Assembly: GCA_900317745.1 (NCBI GenBank)
Contig: ONHW01000010.1
Location: 911 to 64,910 of the forward strand
Length of the DNA: 64,000 bases
Origin: an uncultured Bacteroidales bacterium
Lineage (GTDB): Bacteria > Bacteroidota > Bacteroidia > Bacteroidales > Paludibacteraceae
Direction: 5' to 3'
Every line of letters starts with the position of its first letter. Positions within the stretch are counted from its first letter, which is position 1. The notes beneath the pieces are model-generated. The model ran no database searches. It saw only the letters and a program-made list of their open reading frames with translations, and was not told the origin of the DNA. Below are positions 15,743 through 25,105 of this stretch, in pieces. Both the position numbers and the translations under genes were made by a program.

Positions 15743-18472
15743 TTATAAGTAATTGGCAGTAATGGACTTGTCTTTCATCGTGCGGAGCTCGGCTACAGTT
15801 CCTTGGGCAACGATCTGACCGCCGGCATTGCCGCCCTCGGGACCAAGGTCGATGAGATAATCGCACGTGCGGATAACATCCAGGTTGTGCTCAATGATAA
15901 TCACAGTGTTACCTTTGTCCACCAGTTTGCGCAAGACGCCCATCAGTACGCGCACATCGTCGAAATGCAAACCTGTAGTCGGTTCGTCGAGGATATACAC
16001 GGTCTTGCCGGTGGACGGACGCGCCAGTTCGGTAGCCAGCTTGACACGCTGACTCTCGCCGCCCGAGAGGGTGGTGGACGACTGACCAAGTTTGATATAG
16101 CCCAAACCGACCTCTTGCAGCGACTTGATCTTGCGCAGTATATACGGTTGCGCCTCAAAGAACTCCACTGCCTGATTGACGGTCATATCGAGAATATCGC
16201 TGATCGTCTTACCCTTGAACCTTACCTCCAGAGTTTGCCGATTGTACCGTGCACCGCCGCACACATCGCACGGCACAAAGATGTCAGGCATAAAATGCAT
16301 GCGAAGTGTCTTGTAGCCGTTGCCTGCACACTCTTCACAGCGTCCGCCCTTGGCGTTGAACGAGAAGCGGTTCTGCTTCCAGCCGCGAATCTTTGACTCT
16401 GGAAGCGAAGCAAACAGTTCGCGGATATCGGTAAAAACGTTGGTGTAAGTGGCAGGATTGGAGCGTGGCGTACGGCCTATCGGGCTCTGGTCCACACTGA
16501 TCACTTTGTCGATATATTCGAGTCCGTCAATGCTCTCGTAAGGCATGGGCGCGGTCAAGCTGCGGTAGAAATGTTGCGACAGAATGGGGTAGAGCGTGCG
16601 GTTGATAAGCGTAGATTTGCCTGAACCGCTGACACCCGTTATACAAACCATCTTGCCCAATGGCAGACGCAAGGTGACGTTCTTCAGATTATTGCCGGTG
16701 CAACCCTGAAGAGTCAGCCAGGAGAGACCGCTGGCGCTGACAGAAGAGAGACCGCTTTCAGCTGACAGACCGCTGGCGCTGATAGAAGACAGACCGCTGG
16801 CGCTGACAGAGGAGAGATTGTTGGGGCTGACGGATTTTTCCCCACGCAGATACTGCGCGGTGAGAGTGTCGGCTTTGAGCAGTTCGGCAGGTGTGCCCTG
16901 GAAGATCAGTTCGCCACCCAATCGTCCGGCTCGAGGACCGATATCCAGAATATAATCCGCCTCGCGCATCATTTGCTCGTCATGCTCCACGACGATAACG
17001 GTATTGCCCATGTCGCGCAGTTGCTTGAGCGAGTCGATAAGACGCTGGTTGTCACGCTGATGCAGACCGATAGACGGTTCGTCCAATATATACAGCACAT
17101 TCACCAGCCTTGAACCGATCTGCGTAGCCAGACGTATGCGTTGGCTCTCGCCACCGGATAGCGAGTCAGACGGTCGCGAGAGTGACAGATAGGTTAGTCC
17201 GACCTGTTGCATGAATCGGAGCCGCGTCTCTATCTCGCGGACAATAGGCATAGCGATAGCCTGCTGCCGTTCGGTGAGTCGGATAGGGGAGTTCTCGCCC
17301 TGAAGAGATGTGATAAACTCAAGTAACTGATTGATATCCATATCCGACAAGGCTGCAATATTCTTGTCGCCAATGCGGTAGGATAGGGATTCTTTGCTCA
17401 GTCGTTTGCCCTGGCAGTCAGGGCAGATAACGTCCTGCTCCTGCTGTTTGGGTTCATCCTCATCGGCTTCTTTGGATTTGTCGATATACTCGAGCATGCG
17501 TTTGTACCAATCGCTGTCGTCATGCACAATGTCGTTGAGTTCGTCATTATCCGGCTGCACATTATTGAGCTCCGATGCTTTGATTCGTCCCAAACCTTTG
17601 CAACGCGGACACCAGCCTTGCGGCGAGTTAAACGAGAACGTGTGCGGCGCAGGTTCGCGGTAACTGATACCTGTAGTAGGACACATCAGGTTACGCGACA
17701 GGAACCGAGCGTTTTGTCCGTCCGCCTCGCACACTAAGATCATGCCGCCACCTTGCTGCATAGCTTTGTCAAGTGACTGATACAGACGTTTTTGCGTTTC
17801 GTCAACAAACTCTCCGGAGAGCTTGAGTTTGTCAATCACAATCTCGATGGTGTGGTTCTTGTAGCGGTCGAGTTTCATGCCTTGTGTGATCTCCACCAGT
17901 TCGCCGTCCACACGCGCCTGAATAAAGCCTTTGTGGCGGATCTGTTCGAACAGTTCTTTGTAATGACCTTTGCGGTTCTGCACAACAGGCGCAAGTATCA
18001 GCACACGCTTGCCGGCATATCGCTCAAGGATAAGACTGACAATCTGTTCGTCGGTATAATGAACCATCTTTTCGCCTGTCATATACGAATATGCGTCGGC
18101 TGCGCGGGCATACAGAAGTCGCAGAAAATCATAGATCTCCGTGATTGTCCCGACCGTAGATCGCGGATTGCGAACCGTAGTACGCTGGTCGATACTGATA
18201 ACAGGCGAGAGACCTGTAATCTTATCTACGTCCGGGCGTTGCATATTGCCGATATACGATCGCGCGTACGCAGAAAACGTCTCCATGTAGCGACGCTGTC
18301 CCTCGGCATAGATGGTGTCAAACGCCAGAGATGATTTGCCGGAACCGCTTAGTCCGGTAACAACTGTCAGCGCGTATCGCGGGATACGTGCGTTGATGTT
18401 CTTGAGATTGTGTTCGCGTGCTCCGCGAACCTCGATGAACGATTGTTGATGATTGTCGGATGATTGTGACAT
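15743..18472 (-). CDS. uvrA: Excinuclease ABC subunit A (UvrA or UvrA paralogue)
   Basis: [35 protein letters not shown], a second P-loop [22 protein letters not shown], and CxxC zinc modules. Confidence 0.9.
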   Translation of the reverse strand: MSQSSDNHQQSFIEVRGAREHNLKNINARIPRYALTVVTGLSGSGKSSLAFDTIYAEGQRRYMETFSAYARSYIGNMQRPDVDKITGLSPVISIDQRTTVRNPRSTVGTITEIYDFLRLLYARAADAYSYMTGEKMVHYTDEQIVSLILERYAGKRVLILAPVVQNRKGHYKELFEQIRHKGFIQARVDGELVEITQGMKLDRYKNHTIEIVIDKLKLSGEFVDETQKRLYQSLDKAMQQGGGMILVCEADGQNARFLSRNLMCPTTGISYREPAPHTFSFNSPQGWCPRCKGLGRIKASELNNVQPDNDELNDIVHDDSDWYKRMLEYIDKSKEADEDEPKQQEQDVICPDCQGKRLSKESLSYRIGDKNIAALSDMDINQLLEFITSLQGENSPIRLTERQQAIAMPIVREIETRLRFMQQVGLTYLSLSRPSDSLSGGESQRIRLATQIGSRLVNVLYILDEPSIGLHQRDNQRLIDSLKQLRDMGNTVIVVEHDEQMMREADYILDIGPRAGRLGGELIFQGTPAELLKADTLTAQYLRGEKSVSPNNLSSVSASGLSSISASGLSAESGLSSVSASGLSWLTLQGCTGNNLKNVTLRLPLGKMVCITGVSGSGKSTLINRTLYPILSQHFYRSLTAPMPYESIDGLEYIDKVISVDQSPIGRTPRSNPATYTNVFTDIRELFASLPESKIRGWKQNRFSFNAKGGRCEECAGNGYKTLRMHFMPDIFVPCDVCGGARYNRQTLEVRFKGKTISDILDMTVNQAVEFFEAQPYILRKIKSLQEVGLGYIKLGQSSTTLSGGESQRVKLATELARPSTGKTVYILDEPTTGLHFDDVRVLMGVLRKLVDKGNTVIIIEHNLDVIRTCDYLIDLGPEGGNAGGQIVAQGTVAELRTMKDKSITANYL
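16726..16834. repeat. In-frame 24/18/24/24-nt tandem repeat inside uvrA (same family as 21833-21986)
   Basis: Plus-strand units GACCGCTGGCGCTGACAGAAGAGA, GACCGCTTTCAGCTGACA, GACCGCTGGCGCTGATAGAAGACA and GACCGCTGGCGCTGACAGAGGAGA, then a degenerate unit. They encode [31 protein letters not shown]. Confidence 0.9.
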
Positions 18473-18704
18473 ACAGAAATAATCTATACAAAAATCGCGC
18501 CATATTTTTTATTTTGTGAAAATTCATGAAAAAATACCAAAAATATTATTGATTCAAAATCACAGGATAATATATTTATATATTATAAGTGTATGCAGGA
18601 TACGATAAACCCCCGATAATGATTCGATAATGAACCTATAATTCTTTAACAGAATTTCTATATGGCTGCAAGTAACTCTAATTTATGTTATGTAAAATAG
18701 GTTT

Positions 18705-18712
18705 TACATTTG
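18705..18712 (+). promoter_or_regulatory. Candidate -7 box TACATTTG upstream of lon
   Basis: This is the only good TAnnTTTG match I found on the plus strand in the 546-bp uvrA-lon spacer. It implies a ~300-nt lon leader. Confidence 0.35.
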
Positions 18713-18924
18713 AAGCTTCGCGTTCGGCAAACTACGCTAACAGATGTCGCTGCGAGCGACATAAAAGCGCACAGTTGCCACTACAACATTGAGTTGACAA
18801 GATTCAGCTATTTATGACAAATTGGCAGGAAAACTGAAACGGATGATTATACGGCACATTTTTTGTTACAATATAATTGTGCGCGTGGAAACGCGTATGC
18901 TTTCGTGTGCAACAATAAAAATAT

Positions 18925-19021
18925 AACGCGAAATTGATTGAGATAAATAAAGATACAAAGCGAAATTAGATTGAAATAAATAAAGATACAACGCGAAAAA
19001 GATTGAGATAAATAAACTATG
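18925..19021 (+). repeat. Three 32-33-nt direct repeats ending in the lon start codon
   Basis: AACGCGAAATTGATTGAGATAAATAAAGATAC (18925-18956), AAAGCGAAATTAGATTGAAATAAATAAAGATAC (18957-18989) and AACGCGAAAAAGATTGAGATAAATAAACTATG (18990-19021). Confidence 0.85.
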
Positions 19022-21463
19022 AGAGAAGATTTTGAAGATTTGATGCTGAGTTTGTCGCTGGCAGGAGAAGACGGCGAGGAAGAACAGATTGTGCCTCTGG
19101 TGGACGGACAGGACAGCTCGCAGACACAACAAGTAAAAACGGGTGACGTGGTGCCCGTATTGCCGCTGAGGAAAATGATCCTTTTCCCCGGCGTGTTGCT
19201 GCCTGTTACATTGTCACGCCCGAAATCCATGCGATTGGTAGAAAAAGCATACAAAGACGAACTGACAATAGGCGTGTTCAGTCAGAAGAATACGGACATT
19301 CAGGATCCGCAGGCGCAAGACATCTACCCTATCGGTACGGCAGCACGCGTATTGCGAATCTTTGATGTACCTGACGGCAGTATGATGGCTATATTGGAAG
19401 GCACTCAACGAATATGGATGAACGAATTTACTGCCCTCACGCCGCAGATTATGGTTCGCGTAGATGTCAAGCCCGAAAAAATGCCGTCGAAGCGCGACAA
19501 GAACTTCCTGGCTCTGGCTACAACGATCAAAGAGCAGGCTGTGTTCATTCTGGAGCGTGCCACCAACCTACCCCAGGAGGCCAAAATGATGCTGCGTGGT
19601 ATAACCTCTCCGGATATACTGATCAACTATATCTGTGTGAACTTCAATATGTCGATTGAAGAGAAGCAGAAACTGATCTTGATGGACGACATGCGTCTGC
19701 GCGGCGAGATGTTGCTGGAGTTCCTCGTGCGCGAGGTGGAGATGGTAAAGACACAGGCAGATATTCAGGAAAAAGCCGCCGAGACGATGAACAAGGAGCA
19801 GCGCGAATACTTCCTGCACCATCAGTTGGAGGCTATTCAGAAAGAGTTGGGTGATACGGAAGACGAGCGATTTACGGCGCTGAAAGAACGTGCAGCCAAG
19901 AAGAACTGGCCGGAGCATGCGAAAGCGGCATTTGAAGAAACAATGAAGAAAGTGGAGCGAGAGTCGCACCACTCGCCTGATTTTCAGATGGATATAACGT
20001 ATCTGGAAACGATGCTTGACTTGCCTTGGAACGACTATACGGAGGATAACTACGATATACGTCAAGCCAAAGAGGTTCTGGACAAAGACCACTACGGCAT
20101 GGAAAAAGTGAAGGAGCGAATCATTGAATATCTGGCTGTTCTCAAGCAGACACAAGCTGCCAAAACGAAAGATACAAAAGCCCCTATCCTATGTCTGTAC
20201 GGCCCTCCGGGCGTGGGCAAAACAAGTCTTGGCAAGAGCATTGCCACGGCACTTGGCAGGAAATATGCCCGTGTGTCGTTGGGCGGACTGCACGATGAAG
20301 CGGAGATTCGCGGCCACCGCCGCACGTACATTGGCGCTATGCCCGGACGTATAATCAGCAATCTGAAGAAAGTGCAAAGCAGCAACCCTGTGTTTGTGCT
20401 GGACGAGATTGACAAGGTCGGCATGGACTACAAGGGTGACCCTACAAGCGCGTTGCTCGAAGTATTGGATCCCGAGCAGAACAGCACGTTCCACGACAAT
20501 TATCTGGACGTGGATTATGACCTGAGCAAGGTGCTGTTTGTGGCGACTGCCAACTCGCTGGAAACAATTCCCCGCCCCCTGCTCGACCGTATGGAACTGA
20601 TTGAGATGACCGGCTATCTGCAAGAGGAAAAAGAGGAGATAGCCAAACGTCATCTGATGCCGAAATGTCTGAAGAGCAACGGACTAAAAGCCACTGACTT
20701 GCGCATCACCAAACGTGTGATGGGCGAGATAATCGACCACTATACACGCGAATCGGGTGTGCGCAGTCTGGAACGTCAGATATCCACGATATGCCGGAAG
20801 GTGGTGACAAAGATAGCCTTGGAAGAAGAATACAACAAGTCGCTGACCAAAGAAGATGTAGAGACCTACCTGGGTAAGCCCAAGTTCAACCGCGACATGT
20901 GGGAGAACAACAACTATTACGGCGTTGTGACAGGTTTGGCATGGACGAGTGTCGGTGGCGAGATCCTTTTCATCGAGACCTCACTGAGCAAGAGTAAAGC
21001 CCCTACTCTCACGCTGACAGGTAACCTGGGTGACGTAATGAAAGAGTCGGCAACGATAGCCCTCGGATATATCAAGTCACACGCCGAACACTTCGGTATA
21101 TCGCAGAAAGATATAGAGACCCACAGCGTACATCTGCATGTGCCGGAAGGTGCAATACCGAAGGATGGTCCTTCAGCCGGTATAACAATGACCACTGCTA
21201 TGGTCAGCGCCTTCACACACAGGAAAGTGCGTCCGCGCATAGCCATGACAGGCGAGATGACACTCCGCGGCAAAGTGCTGCCAATCGGCGGCGTGAAGGA
21301 GAAGATTCTGGCAGCCAAACGTTCGGGAATAACGGATATCGTGCTGTGCGAGGATAACAGGAAAGATGTAGAGGAGATACCCGAGATGTATGTCAAGGGA
21401 TTGACGTTCCACTATGTTAAGGATATTGACGAAGTAATTTCGTTCGCATTGCTCAAGAAATAA
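19019..21463 (+). CDS. lon: ATP-dependent Lon protease (endopeptidase La)
   Basis: Lon N-domain, Walker A GPPGVGKTSLGKSIA, and catalytic-serine motif PKDGPSAGITM. Confidence 0.95.
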   Translation: MREDFEDLMLSLSLAGEDGEEEQIVPLVDGQDSSQTQQVKTGDVVPVLPLRKMILFPGVLLPVTLSRPKSMRLVEKAYKDELTIGVFSQKNTDIQDPQAQDIYPIGTAARVLRIFDVPDGSMMAILEGTQRIWMNEFTALTPQIMVRVDVKPEKMPSKRDKNFLALATTIKEQAVFILERATNLPQEAKMMLRGITSPDILINYICVNFNMSIEEKQKLILMDDMRLRGEMLLEFLVREVEMVKTQADIQEKAAETMNKEQREYFLHHQLEAIQKELGDTEDERFTALKERAAKKNWPEHAKAAFEETMKKVERESHHSPDFQMDITYLETMLDLPWNDYTEDNYDIRQAKEVLDKDHYGMEKVKERIIEYLAVLKQTQAAKTKDTKAPILCLYGPPGVGKTSLGKSIATALGRKYARVSLGGLHDEAEIRGHRRTYIGAMPGRIISNLKKVQSSNPVFVLDEIDKVGMDYKGDPTSALLEVLDPEQNSTFHDNYLDVDYDLSKVLFVATANSLETIPRPLLDRMELIEMTGYLQEEKEEIAKRHLMPKCLKSNGLKATDLRITKRVMGEIIDHYTRESGVRSLERQISTICRKVVTKIALEEEYNKSLTKEDVETYLGKPKFNRDMWENNNYYGVVTGLAWTSVGGEILFIETSLSKSKAPTLTLTGNLGDVMKESATIALGYIKSHAEHFGISQKDIETHSVHLHVPEGAIPKDGPSAGITMTTAMVSAFTHRKVRPRIAMTGEMTLRGKVLPIGGVKEKILAAKRSGITDIVLCEDNRKDVEEIPEMYVKGLTFHYVKDIDEVISFALLKK

Positions 21464-21468
21464 TTGAC

Positions 21469-21873
21469 ATGGCAGACCGCATCAACATAACCGTTTCCGC
21501 TGAAGGTATATACAAGGACAGAGGCAGTAAGTTTCTGGCATTTGCAGAGCCGATCTGCGATGAGGAAAGCGCAAAGAAACGCATAGCATGGTACAAAAAG
21601 AAGTACCACGACGCGCGTCATGTGTGCTACGCCTATCGTTTGGGCGAGGATCTGTGGCGGACGAAAGATGACGGCGAACCGCACGGCACGGCAGGTCTGC
21701 CTATACTTCGCAGCATAGATGCGCGGAATCTGGATAACGTGCTGGTGGTGGTGGTGCGGTATTTCGGTGGTACGCTGCTTGGCACAGGCGGACTGATGGT
21801 GGCTTACAGAGAAGCGGCTTGTGCGGCATTAGACAAGACCGCTGCGCTGACAGAAGAGAGACCGCTGCGCTGA
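21469..21873 (+). CDS. IMPACT/YigZ family protein, N-terminal (UPF0029) domain only
   Basis: DRGSKFLAFAEP, HVCYAYRLG, DDGEPHGTAG and VVVVRYFGGTLLG. The reading frame runs into the 23-nt repeat array and stops at a TGA in unit 2. Confidence 0.75.
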   Translation: MADRINITVSAEGIYKDRGSKFLAFAEPICDEESAKKRIAWYKKKYHDARHVCYAYRLGEDLWRTKDDGEPHGTAGLPILRSIDARNLDNVLVVVVRYFGGTLLGTGGLMVAYREAACAALDKTAALTEERPLR

Positions 21874-21986
21874 CAGAAGAGAGACCGCTGCGCTGACAGA
21901 AGAGAGATCGCTGCGCTGACAGAAGAGAGACCGCTAGAAGCACCCCACTGCATGTTATTTGTGGGGACCCCGCTGGCGCTGACAGA
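21833..21986. repeat. 23-nt tandem repeat array (4 units) + hairpin + partial unit
   Basis: GCTGCGCTGACAGAAGAGAGACC starts at 21841, 21864, 21887 and 21910. There is a hairpin CCCCAC (21943-21948) / GTGGGG (21961-21966), then a partial unit CCGCTGGCGCTGACAGAA (21969-21986). Confidence 0.95.
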
Positions 21987-21997
21987 ATATAGACATT

Positions 21998-22984
21998 ATG
22001 GATAAATACAAACAAATACGGGCATATCACACCGAATGGTTGCAGGCTGTAACGGATTTTATACTTGCCTTCCCGATCCTGAAACGTATGGAACGCAAGA
22101 CGACTACGTCAGTCGAACTGGCCTATCTTGGCGACCGCAAGCAGATTGAACAGGATATCAAGCATGGCGCGTTCTTTATAACAAACCATCGGGATATATG
22201 TATGGACTCGGCGTGGTTGAGCAAACTGCTCAGGATGCACTATTTCATCCGTCCGTACATAGGCATAGGCAACAACCTGTTCGGCAAATGGTGGATAGAA
22301 CCGCTGGTGCGCAGTCTGCGGTGTTTCGTGGTGATACGCAATGTGTCGCCTCGCGAGCAACTGGCGAATTCGCAACTGCTGTCGGAATATATCCAGATGT
22401 TGCGCCGCAAAGGCAAATCAATATGGCTCGCTCAGCGTCAAGGTCGTGCCAAGGACGGCAACGATGTGACGCAACCCGGCGTGCTAAAGATGCTTACATT
22501 GGGTAGCGAGGATTTTTTTGAAGCCGTCAAGCAACTGAACTTCTGCCCCGTATCAATCAACTACGAGTATGACCCTTGCGATTATCTGAAGGCGCGTGAG
22601 ATGCAACTCGTTCGCGATAACCCTAACTGGAAAAAGAGCCGCAGAGATGATCTGATCAGCATGAAAGTGGGCATAGAGGGACAGAAAGGTCGTGTCGTTT
22701 ATCGTCTGACACCAAGTATCAATCCGGAGATAGACAAACTGATAGCCAAACAGCCGGAAGTGCTTCAGTTGCCACGCAACGAGCAGATTCAGCTCGTAGG
22801 AAATATAATCGACAAGCATATTCATCAGGCATACGAAGTATATGAACGCGGCGAGAAATTTGAGCAATACCTGCAAGGGCAATTGCAAAAGATCAATCTG
22901 CCGAACAAAGATGAGGTGTTCCTGATGCAGAAAATGCATGAGATGTACGCCAAACCTGTAGAAAATCACAACAAAGCAATATGA
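21998..22984 (+). CDS. Acyltransferase, 1-acyl-sn-glycerol-3-phosphate acyltransferase (PlsC)-like
   Basis: HX4D acyltransferase motif in FFITNHRDICMD. I did not try to assign a substrate. Confidence 0.65.
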   Translation: MDKYKQIRAYHTEWLQAVTDFILAFPILKRMERKTTTSVELAYLGDRKQIEQDIKHGAFFITNHRDICMDSAWLSKLLRMHYFIRPYIGIGNNLFGKWWIEPLVRSLRCFVVIRNVSPREQLANSQLLSEYIQMLRRKGKSIWLAQRQGRAKDGNDVTQPGVLKMLTLGSEDFFEAVKQLNFCPVSINYEYDPCDYLKAREMQLVRDNPNWKKSRRDDLISMKVGIEGQKGRVVYRLTPSINPEIDKLIAKQPEVLQLPRNEQIQLVGNIIDKHIHQAYEVYERGEKFEQYLQGQLQKINLPNKDEVFLMQKMHEMYAKPVENHNKAI

Positions 22985-23427
22985 GGAAAGCACTTTTTGC
23001 CGGAAGTTTTAATCCGTTCACGGTAGGTCATGCGGATATAGTGAAGCGTGGGCTGGAATTGTTTGACGAGGTGGTGATAGCCATCGGCGAGAATCAGGAT
23101 AAGCCTTCTGCAGATATAGATGAGCGCTTACAGGCAATACGCGATGTTTACAAAGATGATCCTCGTGTACGGGTTGAGGTGTACCACTCGCTGACAGTGG
23201 ATTTTGCACGCGAGATCAGCGCATGTGCCTTGCTGCGCGGTGTACGTACGGTTCAGGATTTTGAATACGAGCGCCAGATGGCTGATGCCAACCGTGCGTT
23301 GGCAGGCATAGAGACCGTGGTGCTGTTCTCCCTTCCGGAATTGGGATTTGTCAGTTCATCGCTGGTACGCGACCTGAAGAAACATGGTGCAGACACCAGT
23401 GCCTTACAGGCAAAACCGCTACACTAA
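22981..23427 (+). CDS. coaD: Pantetheine-phosphate adenylyltransferase
   Basis: FAGSFNPFTVGHADIV (T/HxGH nucleotidyltransferase motif) and a size of 148 aa. The ATGA overlaps the upstream stop. Confidence 0.9.
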   Translation: MRKALFAGSFNPFTVGHADIVKRGLELFDEVVIAIGENQDKPSADIDERLQAIRDVYKDDPRVRVEVYHSLTVDFAREISACALLRGVRTVQDFEYERQMADANRALAGIETVVLFSLPELGFVSSSLVRDLKKHGADTSALQAKPLH

Positions 23428-23475
23428 AAGAATACAGACCGCAGGTATTGCCTGCTCAAAGATAAAAAGCCTATT

Positions 23476-25086
23476 ATGAATACGACTAACAAAATATTAT
23501 TCTCTCTGATTTGCATTTTCGGAGCAACATGTTCTGTATTTGCACAAAGCAAATCGGCACGTGCAGAGAAATCTATCGTAGTGTTCAACGATGTGCTGCG
23601 CCAGTTGGATGTCAGTTACGTGGATACCCTGCCCTACGAAAAGATGACTGAAACGGCTATCAATCAGATGTTACGCCAGGTGGATCCGTACACCGTGTAT
23701 TATCCGAAAGACAAGGATCGCGAGTTACGCATGATGACTACAGGCAAGTACGGCGGCGTAGGTGCCATTATCCAGCAGCGTGAAGAACGCACTGACAGCA
23801 CAAAAGCAAACAAGAAAGACAAAAAGAAAGCCGGCAAATACATTATCATATCCGAGCCGTACGAGGGCAAGCCTGCGCAGAAAGCCGGTTTGCGAGCCGG
23901 CGACCGCATACTGGAGATTGACGGCAAGAAGATGGCCAACAAAACCGTATCCGAAGTAAGTGACGCTTTGCGCGGTATCCCTCACACCAAGCTGACCGTG
24001 AAAGTACAGCGTTACGGTGACCCCGAACCGCTGGAAGTAGTGATTGAGCGCGAGGAGATAAAATTGCCGCCTGTGTCGTACTATGGCATGCTCAACGACA
24101 AGATTGCATATATCGCTTTCAACGAGTTTACCGAGCACTCTGCAGACGAAGTACGCAAGGCGCTTGATGATCTGGTGCAGAACCACGGAGCCAAAGCACT
24201 GGTGTTCGATCTGCGTGACAACGGCGGCGGTATCATCGATGAAGCGGTGAAGATTGTCAACCTGTTTGTAGGCAAGGGGCAGACCGTTGTATCTACCCGC
24301 GGGCGTATCAAACAATCGCAGCGCACATATAGTACCACGCAGGATGCAGCGTACCCCACTCTGCCTATCGCGATTATGGTTAATCACAACAGTGCTTCCG
24401 CCTCGGAGATTGTAGCAGGCAGTATGCAGGATCTGAAACGTGCTACACTGATTGGCGAGCGTACGTTCGGCAAAGGTTTGGTGCAAAGTGTGCGTGCCGT
24501 GGCATACGACGGATATATCAAACTGACTACAGCCAAGTATTACCTGCCATCCGGGCGGTGCATTCAGGCTATAGACTACAGTAAACATCAAGGTAAAGCA
24601 GAGAAAGATACCACAGGCGGCATACTGCCGGATGTGGTGATTGCCGACAGCACGCGTAAAGTGGATATCAGTTATACGCTGTACTCCAAACAACTGTTCT
24701 TCGATTATGCGACGCGCTATCGTGCCAAACATGAGACGATAGCACCGGTAAACGAGTTTGCACTGACCGACGAAGATATCGAAGATTTCTGTGTATTTCT
24801 GGATGAGGAAGGTTTTACCTACGAGACGGAGACCGGCAAGTATTTCAACGACATGCTGGAAATGGCGCAACATGAAGATCTGGATTCAGCCACAATAGCC
24901 GGACTGAAAGCCTTTGAACCGCAGTTGCGTCCCTCGTTCCGCGAGGCTATCAGCCGTCATAAGGCAGATGTGCTTGAACTCCTGGAGGCTGAGATCATTG
25001 AGCGGTACTACTATCAGCAGGGACGTTCGGAGTACATGATAAAGCACGACAAGGACTTACAGCGTGCAATTAAAGTGCTACAATAG
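23476..25086 (+). CDS. S41 family carboxyl-terminal processing peptidase
   Basis: Signal peptide, PDZ-like segment (GLRAGDRILEIDGK), DLRDNGGG, NHNSASASEI and TFGKG. Confidence 0.9.
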   Translation: MNTTNKILFSLICIFGATCSVFAQSKSARAEKSIVVFNDVLRQLDVSYVDTLPYEKMTETAINQMLRQVDPYTVYYPKDKDRELRMMTTGKYGGVGAIIQQREERTDSTKANKKDKKKAGKYIIISEPYEGKPAQKAGLRAGDRILEIDGKKMANKTVSEVSDALRGIPHTKLTVKVQRYGDPEPLEVVIEREEIKLPPVSYYGMLNDKIAYIAFNEFTEHSADEVRKALDDLVQNHGAKALVFDLRDNGGGIIDEAVKIVNLFVGKGQTVVSTRGRIKQSQRTYSTTQDAAYPTLPIAIMVNHNSASASEIVAGSMQDLKRATLIGERTFGKGLVQSVRAVAYDGYIKLTTAKYYLPSGRCIQAIDYSKHQGKAEKDTTGGILPDVVIADSTRKVDISYTLYSKQLFFDYATRYRAKHETIAPVNEFALTDEDIEDFCVFLDEEGFTYETETGKYFNDMLEMAQHEDLDSATIAGLKAFEPQLRPSFREAISRHKADVLELLEAEIIERYYYQQGRSEYMIKHDKDLQRAIKVLQ

Positions 25087-25105
25087 GCAAAATCAGAAAG
25101 CGGAT

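Noticed and set aside
17394-17737. A short acidic segment between the zinc-finger CxxC pairs of UvrA (..[38 protein letters not shown]..) as evidence for a non-canonical UvrA2-type paralogue.
   Set aside because: This rests on my memory of the E. coli UvrA insertion-domain length. Without an alignment I cannot tell a lineage-typical short insertion domain from a paralogue.
21841-21932. Possible CRISPR array.
   Set aside because: The units are directly adjacent with no spacers, the period is 23 nt, and no cas genes are in the window. It is a minisatellite, not a CRISPR.
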